Of a stretch of 64,000 bases of DNA, positions 38,620 to 49,084 are shown piece by piece. The DNA is from Trueperaceae bacterium. GTDB taxonomy: Bacteria > Deinococcota > Deinococci > Deinococcales > Trueperaceae. A program made the translations under genes and the position numbers. Location: positions 3,648,001-3,712,000 of the forward strand of contig CBDCDZ010000004.1 in assembly GCA_965215565.1 (NCBI GenBank), read 5' to 3'. The notes under the pieces were generated by a model, which saw nothing but the letters and a program-made list of their open reading frames with translations, was not told the origin of the DNA and searched no databases. Each line of letters begins with the position of its first letter. Position 1 is the stretch's first letter.

Positions 38620-39882
38620 TCAGAAAGTTTCTGTAACAAGCTCCGCTATCTCACAAGGAATAGTTGCCGCGACAATTGCGCCAAGGTTATATACTTCTTC
38701 CTCGACCCCGTCGAAGCGTTCCAAGCTGACATACCTGAGCAGCTCCGGGTCGAGGTCGCTCGCATCGCAAGCACACCCAACACCCTTATGACAGGTATAG
38801 GATCGGCTGATACAGCTATTCCCACACGCCTTACCCTTGCTACAAATTTTGCAACAACTCCTGACCTGCTGAGGCGGTTCATACGTTGGCTCAGGCTGAG
38901 GTTCGGTCATTGTTGAGGCTTGAAGCTGGTCGTAAGCCGAGGTGCCCAGGAGGGCGAGGTTCTGCGCCACGTAATCAACGGCTCGCAGATCGTCCTCGTT
39001 GCGCACGCTGGGATCCGCCCCTAGCTCGAATAGCCTGAGTACCACCTCAGGGTTGGGATTATCCCGAACCGCGTACATCAGCGCCGTCCAGCCCGCTAAG
39101 CTGGTCACGTCAAGCGCTGCGCCCGCCTCAACTAGCAGCGAGACGACCTCCGGGTCCTCGTTGCCCGCGGCGTACATCAGGAGAGTTTGCCCGTAGGCGT
39201 CGGCTGCGTTCACGTCTATGCCGGCCTGCAACACCGCGCCAACCTGCTCGCGACCTCCCTCCTTGACGAGGGTAAAGAGGTCGGTGAAGGACACGTTCTC
39301 TGTTTCTGTAGGGCTAAGCGAAGGTTCACGTGTGCCAACTTCATTTGTTGGTGTGCTCGGCGGCGAGGGTGTTAGCGTAGGGGGTAAGGACAGTCGGTCT
39401 GCTGACGGAGCTTCAACAGGTGTAGACGGAGTCAGGGCTGCTCGCGCGGGATCGCTCAATTGTGCGAGGGCTGCTGTGCCGGTCAGGGCAGTATTAGCGC
39501 TGGCGTAATCGAGGGCGCTCTGCCCTTCCTCGTTGCGCAGCGCAGGGTCCGCGCCGCCCCCGAGCAACACCAAGATCACCTCGGGGTTCGAGGCGTCGCG
39601 GGCGGCGTACATGAGGGGCGTCCAACCCGCTAAGCTCCGGGCGTTCACCTCGACGCCGTGGTCGACGAGCAGATTGACGACGTCGGGTGCGTTACTCGAG
39701 GCGGCGTACATAAGGGGCGTCTGACCATAGGCGTCCGCCACGCCAAAGTCCGCGCCCGAACTGAGTGCCAGGACCACGTCGTAGAAGCTGCCCTCTTTCG
39801 CGAGGGTGAAGGCATCCTGCGCGAGGGCGGAAGTGACGAGGCAAAGACAGAGCAGACACGACAAAAGATAGTAGCGCTTCAT
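38620..39882 (-). CDS. Secreted ankyrin-repeat protein with a Cys-rich C-terminal motif
   Basis: Signal peptide; two blocks of GQT(P/L)LMYAA / GWT(P/A)LMYA ankyrin repeats; CCKICSKGKACGNSCISRSYTCHKGVGCAC. Confidence 0.85.
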   Translation of the reverse strand: MKRYYLLSCLLCLCLVTSALAQDAFTLAKEGSFYDVVLALSSGADFGVADAYGQTPLMYAASSNAPDVVNLLVDHGVEVNARSLAGWTPLMYAARDASNPEVILVLLGGGADPALRNEEGQSALDYASANTALTGTAALAQLSDPARAALTPSTPVEAPSADRLSLPPTLTPSPPSTPTNEVGTREPSLSPTETENVSFTDLFTLVKEGGREQVGAVLQAGIDVNAADAYGQTLLMYAAGNEDPEVVSLLVEAGAALDVTSLAGWTALMYAVRDNPNPEVVLRLFELGADPSVRNEDDLRAVDYVAQNLALLGTSAYDQLQASTMTEPQPEPTYEPPQQVRSCCKICSKGKACGNSCISRSYTCHKGVGCACDASDLDPELLRYVSLERFDGVEEEVYNLGAIVAATIPCEIAELVTETF

Positions 39883-40002
39883 GGCGTTCTCCCTAGGTTT
39901 TAGCGTTCTGAAAACTTTACCACGTCCAGGCTGTGGAAAAGTTCACATTTGGGAGAGGTGGTGCTAACCAAGAAGACCTGCGCAACCCTTATACTCTGAG
40001 CT

Positions 40003-40236
40003 ATGAAGCTCGACCTCCAGCTCGCCGAGGAGCGGCGCTTCAGGGTCCTCTTCTCCCGCGATGACCATGAACCTGCCGAACTCAACGCCCTCTACGCGAC
40101 AGCGAAAGCCCTGCGCGACGAGCACGAGGACACCATCGTGGACCTCGTTGCCGAGAAAGAGGTCGGACTGACCCTGCTCGTCAACCCGAGCCGCTTAGCC
40201 TTCACGCTCGCTCACTTGCTCACGGACAAGGGGTGA
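40003..40236 (+). CDS. Hypothetical protein (paralog remnant at 32970)
   Basis: TATACT box 7 nt before ATG; amino-acid conservation with the remnant copy supports coding. Confidence 0.7.
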   Translation: MKLDLQLAEERRFRVLFSRDDHEPAELNALYATAKALRDEHEDTIVDLVAEKEVGLTLLVNPSRLAFTLAHLLTDKG

Positions 40237-40252
40237 AGGGGAAGGGATAGGG

Positions 40253-40590
40253 TCAGTAGTACGCCTCGAAACTCTCCGCAAAAAACACCAGTACCTCGTC
40301 CAGCGCCTCAGACCAGACCGCCCAGGTGTGCCCACCGTCAGTGATGCGCAGCTCTGACTCTATCTCCGCTTCTTGCAAGGCAGCGTAGAACGCCGTCGAA
40401 CTCTCAAAGAAGTCGAACACGTCATCATCCCCGACAGTGACATAGACAGGTAGGGGGTCCTCAGCCGACGCGACCTCGGCGATGAGCCGGTCTGCGGTAT
40501 GTGCAACGTCGCCGAAGCGCACCCAGTCGTTGTCACTGCCGCCGTAGTCGTGCAGAAGGTAAACGACGGGATAGGTACGGCTAGTCTGTT
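40253..40590 (-). pseudogene. Internally deleted copy of the esterase at 33158-34022
   Basis: YPVVYLLHDYGGSDNDWVRFGDVAHTADRLIAE joined directly to VASAEDPLP...GGHTW; the catalytic Ser region is missing. Confidence 0.8.
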
Positions 40591-40854
40591 TGTCCTCTGG
40601 TACTCAGCCCATGAGCCAGACGCTGTTGACCGTAGTGTCGCCTTTAAGCTTGAGGTCACGACTCGCGATTCTCGTTCGCACCGCGTAGAGCGACGCTAAA
40701 GAATGGGTTGGAACCTGAGCTAAAGGGTATTCAGAGGCGCATAGTGGTGGTTGCAATTATTAGGGCAACGGGGAGGCTGTGCAGGCAAAACTTTATGTAA
40801 CGAAAGAGGCGAGTGAGGTTCACTCGCCTCATCAGCTTTTCTTGAGCCTTATCT

Positions 40855-42051
40855 CTATAAGTCGAGATCAACGACCATCCCGTCTCCCTCGTTGACCGTT
40901 CCTCGGATGTCGTACTCACGCTCCGGCTTGATGCACTGGTTCGCCGTCCAGGGGCTGCTGGACTCTGAGTCGCTGATGTCCCAAAGCTCCTTTCGCTCCC
41001 ACACCCGCTTGTCCTCGAACGAGTCGAATTTATATTCGCCTAGCAGCGCCCTAAAGACACGGATGTCCTCGAAGCGTGCTCCTGAGTTGAAGTCCGCTTC
41101 GAAGATGTTTCTTCCGTTTTCACGCCGCCCTTGAGCGAGGTTGATCTCCATTTTGAGGTTGATGTCGCGCCCGTCGTAGTCCCAATCGCGCCCCGAGCAG
41201 CTCGAGGTAGCGCAGACAAAGCGTATAAGACCTTCCTCGGTCTCACCACCCTCTCTAGGACCCCAATTGCCTCGCACGCTGACGACCGGATTGTCGTCTT
41301 CGTCCACATAGAACCACATCCTGACGATCTGGTTGGGTGGTAGCCGCCTCGAGTCAACGGTGTAGATGGGATCGCCCGAGGTCTTGGTAAAGAGCGACCA
41401 GTTGTTGAACCCACAGTTCCATTGCAAGCCTGCGTCGATATTTTGATAGTTGATGCCTTGCGAGTGACCCCCTAAAAAGATATAGGGCACTTCGAACTCA
41501 TCCGTGCGGTCGTTCGGGCACTCTGGGAAGTTGTCTTCCTCGACGTCAATGTCATTCTGCGCCCTAGAGGGCAGATACAGCCTTGTGTAGAGCGCGTTGA
41601 AGCCGTCTCTAGGGCTCGACTCGGTGAGAAAGAAGCAGCCGTCTCTCAGAAAAGTGCAGACAGTGAGCTTTTGGCTGGGCTGAAGTTCACTTTTTTTTTG
41701 CGCTTCTTGCTCTTGGCGAACTTGCTGGTCGCGTGCATTCAAGTAGTCGCCCAGCGTCTCGGCGCTCTCACCCGAGTTCGGCACGAGTTTTCCTTCTACG
41801 TCGCCTTGTGCCGTTGTCTCTAACCCTTCATCCGTGTAGTCGTACTCGATTAACCCTTCGTCAGTAGCGACGTACTGTGCGATAAGCATGGACTCATCTA
41901 CCGTATCCGCATCGGGGTCTATCGACATGAGGCTCTGAGCTTCTTTCAGAAAGGCTTCCTGACTCATTTCATTGTTCTGAGTAGGCACGGTTGCGCTGTC
42001 GCAGGCAGTGAACAGCAGCGGCATAAAACAGACCCAAAGCATCTTTTTCAT
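40855..42051 (-). CDS. Lipoprotein, C-terminal half possibly YrpD-like
   Basis: Lipobox LFTAC; PYIFLGG...IDAGLQWN...W. The YrpD resemblance is from memory and weak. Confidence 0.65.
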   Translation of the reverse strand: MKKMLWVCFMPLLFTACDSATVPTQNNEMSQEAFLKEAQSLMSIDPDADTVDESMLIAQYVATDEGLIEYDYTDEGLETTAQGDVEGKLVPNSGESAETLGDYLNARDQQVRQEQEAQKKSELQPSQKLTVCTFLRDGCFFLTESSPRDGFNALYTRLYLPSRAQNDIDVEEDNFPECPNDRTDEFEVPYIFLGGHSQGINYQNIDAGLQWNCGFNNWSLFTKTSGDPIYTVDSRRLPPNQIVRMWFYVDEDDNPVVSVRGNWGPREGGETEEGLIRFVCATSSCSGRDWDYDGRDINLKMEINLAQGRRENGRNIFEADFNSGARFEDIRVFRALLGEYKFDSFEDKRVWERKELWDISDSESSSPWTANQCIKPEREYDIRGTVNEGDGMVVDLDL

Positions 42052-42231
42052 ACGTCCCTCACACTCATCGTGGATTAGGGCGTGGTGATGGCGCAGTGGG
42101 CGACGCGGTGATAACGTAATAAATTTTATCCCTAAGGTGATTGTAGGGCGCTCTCATGAGCAGATGAGTAAGAAGCTGCTCCTTTGCGCTCATGAGAGCG
42201 CTCTAGGATGCTAGAGCAGAGGAGGTGCAAG

Positions 42232-42981
42232 ATGAACCTGATAAGCAAGCTCGTCTTTTTCGTGTTCCTGCTTCTAGGAGGTGCAGCCGGGGCGCAAAGC
42301 TGCCAGGCGCTCGAGGAGGCGGGTGCAACCCCCGCATTCGAATATTCGAACCTGAAAGAGATGTCGCTGGGCGACCTGCTCGAGGTTCTCACCTCCCGCG
42401 ACTTACTGGACGAGGGCGAACGCGCCTCTTTCACCTCCGACGGTGAGTTCGACCCGGACACGCTCGTCGGGGCGTCCTGTTTCGGTCCTCTCCTCTTCAC
42501 GCTCAAAGGACAAACCACATTGGTGACATACAACGTAGCCGAAGGGCGCAAGGTTTCGGAAATTGATGGTCTGAGTTATCCCGTTGAGCTGCTACCTGTG
42601 GATGGGGGGCTTTACGCCGCAACCCTGCTCGCGCCGGGCATAGGAACCGCGAGCGCAGTGCTCAACTTGACGGAGGGGCGCGTTCTGTCCGCTCCTGAAT
42701 TCGGCGCGTCCAGCAGCTCGAGCGTCGAACTCACTCTAGCCAACCGGGTGCTGGTTGAGCGCAGCTTGTTAGGTCAGGAGCAACCTTCGTCGGGTCTCGC
42801 TATATACCAAGTCGAAGAGGACGCAGTTCGGGAACTAAGTGCTTGCAGGATAGACGCGCCGCCCGCTGACGACTACGCGGTGTCAAGTCGAGGCGTTTAT
42901 GCACTCACGGAAACTTCGGAGGGCGTCGAGGGCAGGTTGCTCTCTGGGTGTCAGGAGGTGGGTGCTGCCCTGCTGAATTAA
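42232..42981 (+). CDS. Hypothetical secreted protein
   Basis: GGAGG RBS, signal peptide ending AGA. Confidence 0.65.
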   Translation: MNLISKLVFFVFLLLGGAAGAQSCQALEEAGATPAFEYSNLKEMSLGDLLEVLTSRDLLDEGERASFTSDGEFDPDTLVGASCFGPLLFTLKGQTTLVTYNVAEGRKVSEIDGLSYPVELLPVDGGLYAATLLAPGIGTASAVLNLTEGRVLSAPEFGASSSSSVELTLANRVLVERSLLGQEQPSSGLAIYQVEEDAVRELSACRIDAPPADDYAVSSRGVYALTETSEGVEGRLLSGCQEVGAALLN

Positions 42982-43166
42982 GGTTCGGGCTCGAAGCGGA
43001 TGCCCCTGTCTCCTGGATAGGGTTCGCGGTGGTCGTGCTCGCCGTCTAAAATTGCATTCGGTATCCGCTCGGGAAAGGCGGCGCAGCGAGCGGAGCCGAA
43101 GTGATGAGTGCAGCGGTTACACAGCGGACTGTAGAAGGTCATGCCCTCCTCGACAATCCTGCTCAT
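42978..43166 (-). CDS. Small Cys-containing protein (C..C.H...C.AFP..IP..I..G..DH..P..GD.GI.FE)
   Basis: Coupled by an ATGA overlap to the MBL gene; compact metal-binding-like motif. Confidence 0.65.
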   Translation of the reverse strand: MSRIVEEGMTFYSPLCNRCTHHFGSARCAAFPERIPNAILDGEHDHREPYPGDRGIRFEPEP

Positions 43167-44194
43167 GGCAGCGACTCACACGCCACGCCGTCGTTGTTGC
43201 CGTCAAGTCGGTGAGGGTCGCCCGCCCCAGCAGCCTCATAGAACGCTTGCGCCTCAGCTTGGCTCGAGAAGTCCCCACAGTCCCTATCCGGTCCGCTCGG
43301 GTCGTAGGTGAGGCCGCTCGAGGTGGATGTGCTTGGAGCTGAGCTGGTAGCGCTCGGCGCATCAGGCTGAGGCTGCACCTGCTGTACGGGTGACGCCGCG
43401 CTCACTTGATAGGTTCCATCCTCGTTCGCCACGACAACGACCGTCCCTTGCAAATCAGTGCGGTAGATATCAGCGTTCACTGCACTATATAGCCTGAGCG
43501 CCCTTTCTGCCGGGTGATTGTAGGAGTTGTCCAAGCCTGCCGAGATAACCACTGTCTCCGGCTTGAACCGGCTCATCGAAAGCGGCGTGTCTCCGTTCTC
43601 ACTCCCGTGGTGGCTGGCTTTGTACACATCTACGTCCTCGAGCAATTCGGGCACGTTCTCAACCCACCACGCGAACTGCGCCCGCTCCGCGTCACCCGTG
43701 AGCGCGAGCTCGAACGCCCCGTAGGTGAGGACAAGTCCTACCGAGTTGTCGTTGTTACCGAGCGAAGGAATGCCAGGCGGCGGCAAGACTTGTAACGACG
43801 CCTCCCCTAAGCCGATGCGCCGTGCCGTCGGCGGCACCTTGGCGATACCTAGCTCGTTGAGTGCGGCGTCTAAGTCTCTGTAGGCGGCGCTCCCGTAGTC
43901 GAAGCCGTTGTCCAGGAACGCCCTCGGCTGGTACGCCCGCACCACCGCCTCCAAGCCGCCGATGTGGTCGAAGTCGGGGTGGCTGGCGATGACCAAGTCG
44001 AGTGACTTGACCCCGACATCTTGGAGGTACTCGAGTACCTGCGTCTCCCTACGTCCGCCATCATAGAGAACGTTCCTACCGTCGTGGGTGCGGATCAGCA
44101 CGCTGTCCCCTTGCCCGACATCAACGAAGTGGATTTCGAGTTGGGCGGACGCGACGCTCAGCAGGAGCGCCAGGAGGACGGCGAGCCGTTTCAT
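43163..44194 (-). CDS. Secreted ComEC/Rec2-like MBL-fold hydrolase with C-terminal excalibur Ca-binding domain
   Basis: Signal peptide; [41 protein letters not shown]...[15 protein letters not shown]. Confidence 0.9.
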   Translation of the reverse strand: MKRLAVLLALLLSVASAQLEIHFVDVGQGDSVLIRTHDGRNVLYDGGRRETQVLEYLQDVGVKSLDLVIASHPDFDHIGGLEAVVRAYQPRAFLDNGFDYGSAAYRDLDAALNELGIAKVPPTARRIGLGEASLQVLPPPGIPSLGNNDNSVGLVLTYGAFELALTGDAERAQFAWWVENVPELLEDVDVYKASHHGSENGDTPLSMSRFKPETVVISAGLDNSYNHPAERALRLYSAVNADIYRTDLQGTVVVVANEDGTYQVSAASPVQQVQPQPDAPSATSSAPSTSTSSGLTYDPSGPDRDCGDFSSQAEAQAFYEAAGAGDPHRLDGNNDGVACESLP

Positions 44195-44457
44195 AGCTCG
44201 AGGTCCCCCTCGGGTACGACGGGGCGATCCTCGCGCGACGCCCTAAGTTCCTCAAGGCGTCTTTCCTTCTCCTCTTCGTCGACGGTGAAGCTGATGCGGC
44301 TCGCCTGACCTTGAGACGCGATATCGACTTTGAGGATGTCGCCCTCCTTAGCGTCTTCGGGTAGCCAGTCCCTGGGGACGTTGAAGGTTTGTCTGTCTTC
44401 TCGTTCTAGGGCGACCCAGCCGTTGTCCTCGAAGCGGTCAATGAAAACGTGACGCAT
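44191..44457 (-). CDS. DUF3006-like protein
   Basis: IDRFED...ALE......VP..WLP....EGDIL; overlaps the start of the MBL gene. Confidence 0.8.
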   Translation of the reverse strand: MRHVFIDRFEDNGWVALEREDRQTFNVPRDWLPEDAKEGDILKVDIASQGQASRISFTVDEEEKERRLEELRASREDRPVVPEGDLEL

Positions 44458-44755
44458 GGCTTAGTGTAGAGGGTTCATAGGAGCAGCGCCATATAACCTT
44501 CTTCATAGTCCCTACGACGAAAGGTTGCCTTTGCAGCGGGGCGTGGTAGAAAAACCCTATGTCCATCGACTCGAGAAAGCGCGTTATCGATCTGAGCAAG
44601 AAAGCCGAGGTCGAGATTCAGAAGAGCGGGCTCGCAGGCAGGAAAGCTCAAGTCGCTTTGAATATCTACATCCCCTTCATGCCCACCGTGCCGAAACCTC
44701 TATACTCGCTTCATATCACAGTCCAAAAGGGCGCTACGCCCGGGGAGGAATTGCT

Positions 44756-45520
44756 ATGGCACTACTCGAGAACAAGGTCGCACTCATCACCGGCGCAGCC
44801 AGCGGCATCGGGCGCGAGATCGCGCTTCTCTACGCCGAGCACGGCGCACACATCGTCGTCGCCGACCTGCAAGCAGAATCTCGCGAAGGCGGGGAGCCGA
44901 CTCACGAACTCTGCGAACAGAAGGGCGTCAGTGCCCGCTACGCCCTATGCGACGTGACCAAGCGAGAGAACCTCGAGAACGCTGTCGGCGCAGCCGAGGA
45001 GTTAGGCGGCGTGGACATCATGGTCAACAACGCGGGCATCTTCCGGCAGCACAACTTTTTAGAGGCGAGCGAAGACGACTTCGAACAGATGATGGCGATT
45101 AACGTCAAGGGCGTCTACTTCGGCGCTCAGGCAGCGGCGAAGCGTATGGTGGAAAAGGGCAAGGGCGTCATCATCAACCTCTCGAGCGTGGCGGGCTTGC
45201 AAGGAACCGCAGGCTTCTCTACCTACTGCGCCTCGAAAGGGGCGGTGCGGCTCCTAACCTACGCTTTAGCAGGCGAACTCGGACCACACGGGGTTCGCGT
45301 CGTCGCGCTGCACCCCGGTCTCATCGCTACCGACATGACCACTGAGGACGTGCCTATCGTCGGTACGGATACGGGCGAGGGCTACTTAGCGCAGATTCCC
45401 CTCAACCGTTGGGGTCAGCCGGAGGACGTGGCGAAGACGGCGCTCTACGCGGCGAGTGACTTAGCGGAGTACGTCACGGGCGCGTCGCTGCTGATCGACG
45501 GGGGGATGCTGCGGGTCTAG
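44756..45520 (+). CDS. Short-chain dehydrogenase/reductase
   Basis: GGAGG RBS, TGAASGIG, NNAG, YCASK. Confidence 0.93.
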   Translation: MALLENKVALITGAASGIGREIALLYAEHGAHIVVADLQAESREGGEPTHELCEQKGVSARYALCDVTKRENLENAVGAAEELGGVDIMVNNAGIFRQHNFLEASEDDFEQMMAINVKGVYFGAQAAAKRMVEKGKGVIINLSSVAGLQGTAGFSTYCASKGAVRLLTYALAGELGPHGVRVVALHPGLIATDMTTEDVPIVGTDTGEGYLAQIPLNRWGQPEDVAKTALYAASDLAEYVTGASLLIDGGMLRV

Positions 45521-45631
45521 CCCCAGTCTAGTAGGCGAAGGGTCTTGATGGAATGCTCCGTGGCTTTCAGCTCGAGCCTCCTCGCTGTGCGACGCTGCTT
45601 AGGTGCGATGGGACCGCGTGTGTAGGGGTAG

Positions 45632-46885
45632 CTACAGGCTTGACCGTTTCTCCTCACCAATAAGTAGTGGGTCGTTCGTCTCCTGCATCCACCCTTCGAG
45701 TCGCTCCTGGAGACCTCGAGCCGTCTCAAGCTGGTGCTCGGCAAGGTTACTTTGCTCGTAAGGATCGCTCTCCAAGTCGTAAAGCTCTTCGGCGGCGTTC
45801 GGCAAGTAGGAGCGCTCACCGAGTAGCGCGTCTGCTGAGGGGCTCTCTGCCACGTCGTCAGGTAAGTAAACCTGCGGCTCCGCTTCGAAGTGCCTGATGT
45901 ACTTCCACTTCTTGGTACGGATACCGCGCACCGGCGCGTAGCGGTCGTGCCAAGTCAGCTCACACATGAAGTGGTCACGAACTTCTTGCGTCTCGCCCCG
46001 CAGCAGCGGCAGAAAGCTCCGCCCGGCAAGCGTGGTATCTGCTTCACCGCCCGCCGCCTCGAGCAAGGTCGGCAACAGGTCGATGTTGCATAGCAGCTCG
46101 GCGCAGCGCAACGAGGCGCGAATCTCATCTGTCCAGCGGATGACGCAGGCTGTCTCTAAACCCGCGTCGTAGAGCGTACCCTTAGCTCGCGGAAAGGGGA
46201 CACCGTGATCGGTGGTGAAGATGAGCAGGGTGTTTTTTAAGCCTGCCCGGTCTAAAGCGTCTAAGATTTGCCCTAGCGCTTCGTCAACAGCCTGAATCAT
46301 GCCGTTAAAGGCAGCAACGTCGCGCCGCACCTCCGGCATGTCCGGGAGGTGGAAGGGCACGGCGACCTCCTCGGGGTTATCCGGGGTATACGCGCCCTCG
46401 GCGAGGTTGAAGGGGCGGTGCGCCTCAAAGAAGCCGACGGAGGCGAAGAAGGGCTGCGCTGAATCTCGTGACGTCAAGAACTCGAGCAGCAGCGGCACGA
46501 CTTTCCCCGTGATGTTCGGAGCTTCTGTCGCCACCGCACGGTCATACCCAAGCACCTCCGCACTTTTCGCTTCGTGCTGCAAGCCAAAGAGGTAGGTCTC
46601 GTAGCCTAGCCGCTTCAAGCGGTGCGGCAGAGCACGCTCTGGCTCCTTGAGCTGCCAGCCTAAATGAGCGAGCCCCAACATACCGTTGACGTGGGGGTAC
46701 TGCCCGGTCATCAGGCTCGCCCGGCTCGGGCTGCACTGCGGCGCGGGGCAAAAGAGGTTCTCTAGGAGCGCACCTTCCGAGGCGAGGCGCTCGACGTTGG
46801 GCGTAACTACCTTGTATCCGTAGGGGCTAAAAGCACGCCCCATGTCGTGACCGTGGACGAGCAGGATATTGGGTTTCGTCGTCAC
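45632..46885 (-). CDS. Sulfatase
   Basis: CSPSRASLMTG formylglycine motif, TTDHG, ELYDL..DP.E..NL. Confidence 0.93.
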   Translation of the reverse strand: MTTKPNILLVHGHDMGRAFSPYGYKVVTPNVERLASEGALLENLFCPAPQCSPSRASLMTGQYPHVNGMLGLAHLGWQLKEPERALPHRLKRLGYETYLFGLQHEAKSAEVLGYDRAVATEAPNITGKVVPLLLEFLTSRDSAQPFFASVGFFEAHRPFNLAEGAYTPDNPEEVAVPFHLPDMPEVRRDVAAFNGMIQAVDEALGQILDALDRAGLKNTLLIFTTDHGVPFPRAKGTLYDAGLETACVIRWTDEIRASLRCAELLCNIDLLPTLLEAAGGEADTTLAGRSFLPLLRGETQEVRDHFMCELTWHDRYAPVRGIRTKKWKYIRHFEAEPQVYLPDDVAESPSADALLGERSYLPNAAEELYDLESDPYEQSNLAEHQLETARGLQERLEGWMQETNDPLLIGEEKRSSL

Positions 46886-48153
46886 TGCGTGGGTAAGCCT
46901 GTCAGCTCCTCTAAGTCGAGCGCCAGAATCGCGAGCGCATCTTCGGCGTTTTCGTTGCCCATCAGGACGCTGTGAACTGTTGTATAAAACTCCCTCGAGA
47001 CCTGGTTGTACTGCGAGCCCGTGACCGTGGAGGGGCGCGGCACCGCGTTGGTGAAAACGTCGGCGAGCCGCCCGAAGAAAGGATTGACCTCGAGCACCTC
47101 TTCGTCCTCATACAGAGAAGCGATGGTCGGGCTCAAACTCCCCTCGACCGCGCGGTACTTCTGACTTTCTATAGAGGTGAGGTAGAGCGCGACGTCAGCG
47201 GCGACCTCGACGTTCTGGCTGTACTTAGACACCGCGAGCTGTGCGCCCCCTAAGGTCGCTGTAGGCTCGCCGCCCTCTACACCGCCTGCTGGCAGTGACG
47301 CGACCTCGAAGTTACCTGCAATGGCGCTGTCCTCGGCGTTGCCCAAGCTGTAGGCGTAGGGCCAGTTGCGCATGAAGGCGGCGTTACCTGCCTGGAAGAA
47401 GTTGCGGGCATCCTCCTCGGCGAAGCCCGTCACACCTGTAGGCGAAATCGTGCCGACCCAACCCGCCACGCGGCTCAAGATGTCGGCAGCGTTGGAGTTG
47501 TCGATGGTAATGACGCCGTCTGTACTGATGATGCGTCCGCCACCGTTGGAGTGGACCCACTCGAGCGCGTCGCAGGTCAGTCCCTCGTAGGCGTCGCCTT
47601 GCCAAACGAAGCCCGAGAAGTCAGGGTTGTCCTGCCGCTCGCCCTCTTGAATGGTCCGCGCCATCTCTTCCAGTTCAGCCCAGGTCTCGGGCGGACCGTC
47701 GTAACCGTACTCCTCTAAAAGGTCAGTGCGGTAGTAGAGCAGCCCTGCGCCGATTTGCAAAGGCATCGCGGTGAGTGCGCCGTCAACGAGATTGTTCTCG
47801 ATGAACGCCTCGAAGTGTTGGTCGATGACTTCATCTGCGCCGTAGGGGTTGAGGTCGACGACGTGCGGCGCGACGATGCCTGTCCAAATCACGTCCGTTT
47901 GCACGATGTCAACCTCGCTCGATTGCGTTTCGAAGTACTGCAAGTAGAGGGCGAGGCGGTCGTCCGCTTGATCGGGGGTCTGCACGAGGTTGATCGTCAC
48001 ACCTGGGTTAGCCTCCATGTAGCGTTCAGCCAGTGTCTGCGTAATCTCAAACTCTTCGCCGACGGTGACAATCGCAACGGTGATGGTGACATCTTCTTGC
48101 GCCCAGACGGTGCTCACGAATAGAAAAATAGCGAGAGAGATAAAGCGAACCAT
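46882..48153 (-). CDS. Orphan sugar ABC substrate-binding protein (trehalose/maltose type)
   Basis: Signal peptide, DVIW, LYYRTDLL, QG.AYEGLTC, AAFMRNWPYA. Confidence 0.88.
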   Translation of the reverse strand: MVRFISLAIFLFVSTVWAQEDVTITVAIVTVGEEFEITQTLAERYMEANPGVTINLVQTPDQADDRLALYLQYFETQSSEVDIVQTDVIWTGIVAPHVVDLNPYGADEVIDQHFEAFIENNLVDGALTAMPLQIGAGLLYYRTDLLEEYGYDGPPETWAELEEMARTIQEGERQDNPDFSGFVWQGDAYEGLTCDALEWVHSNGGGRIISTDGVITIDNSNAADILSRVAGWVGTISPTGVTGFAEEDARNFFQAGNAAFMRNWPYAYSLGNAEDSAIAGNFEVASLPAGGVEGGEPTATLGGAQLAVSKYSQNVEVAADVALYLTSIESQKYRAVEGSLSPTIASLYEDEEVLEVNPFFGRLADVFTNAVPRPSTVTGSQYNQVSREFYTTVHSVLMGNENAEDALAILALDLEELTGLPTQ

Positions 48154-48473
48154 AGTGACCTCTTTTCAGCGCTCCGAGTTGTGTGCTCAAGTTTAGTATA
48201 GCCTGAATAGTGGTGTACCCGCCACAATTACCCTCATCGATGCGCCCTTCGCCTTTCACCTGAACCGGCTCTGCCTAACGGCTTCGGGTGCTCCCGCTCT
48301 GGCTTTCGGAAGCTTCCGAGATATACATTACCGCTAGTAAAGGAGTCTCGCTATCAGCATAAGCGATGACCGTTGCTCGGCTCATGACTGAAGTAGAGGC
48401 GTAGAGGTTACTTCGTTAGCGCATCTAGCGTGGCGAAGAGCCGCCTCGCCTCCTCATAGGAGAGGCCATTATT

Positions 48474-48950
48474 CTACTCACGCAAAAAAGGAACGAGATG
48501 TTCCAAGGTCATGCAGGAAACACCCTTCGCCTTGCGACCTTTGACCTCGCCCGTAAAGACCAGGACTGGCATGACGAACTGTCCTTCTAGGAGGTCGTTG
48601 AGCTTATAAACCTGCCGCCATACCTGCTTGGTTACCTTATCGTTCGGCTTCTTATGCCCATGCGTGTAGAGCCCCTTATGTGTCGCCAGCACCGAGCCGG
48701 TATAGTTCTTCGCCTCGACGACGAAAACGCCTTTAGCCGACGCGACGACATGGTCGAGGTTCTCGCCGCCGATGTCCAGGTCGTGCCAGACGCGCCAGCC
48801 CTCGGGGAGCTTCTTCAGTTCTTTGCCGACCCGACGCTCGCCTTGCATCCCTTTAGAAGCCGCGTGAAAGTCTTTGTCCGAGCCGAAGAACATCGTCTTG
48901 AGCGATTTGCCGATGAGAGTTTTGCCCGCCGTTCCTCTTACGATTGCCAT
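48474..48950 (-). CDS. NERD (nuclease-related) domain protein, possibly truncated by a premature stop
   Basis: G..GE..V...L, HD......LDHVV....GVFVVEAKN..G. The frame continues 21 codons past the TAG to a TAA at 48408. Confidence 0.8.
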   Translation of the reverse strand: MAIVRGTAGKTLIGKSLKTMFFGSDKDFHAASKGMQGERRVGKELKKLPEGWRVWHDLDIGGENLDHVVASAKGVFVVEAKNYTGSVLATHKGLYTHGHKKPNDKVTKQVWRQVYKLNDLLEGQFVMPVLVFTGEVKGRKAKGVSCMTLEHLVPFLRE

Positions 48951-49084
48951 ACCACTAAGGGTAGAAGAGGAGAGCTTACGGGATTCTTACACCTACAGCG
49001 CCGAGAGTCGGGCATAGCGCCACAGTTCCCGGCCCGAAGTCCTGCGGTAGACTGCCTATGCTTCATCATCTCCAGGAGGTAAGT

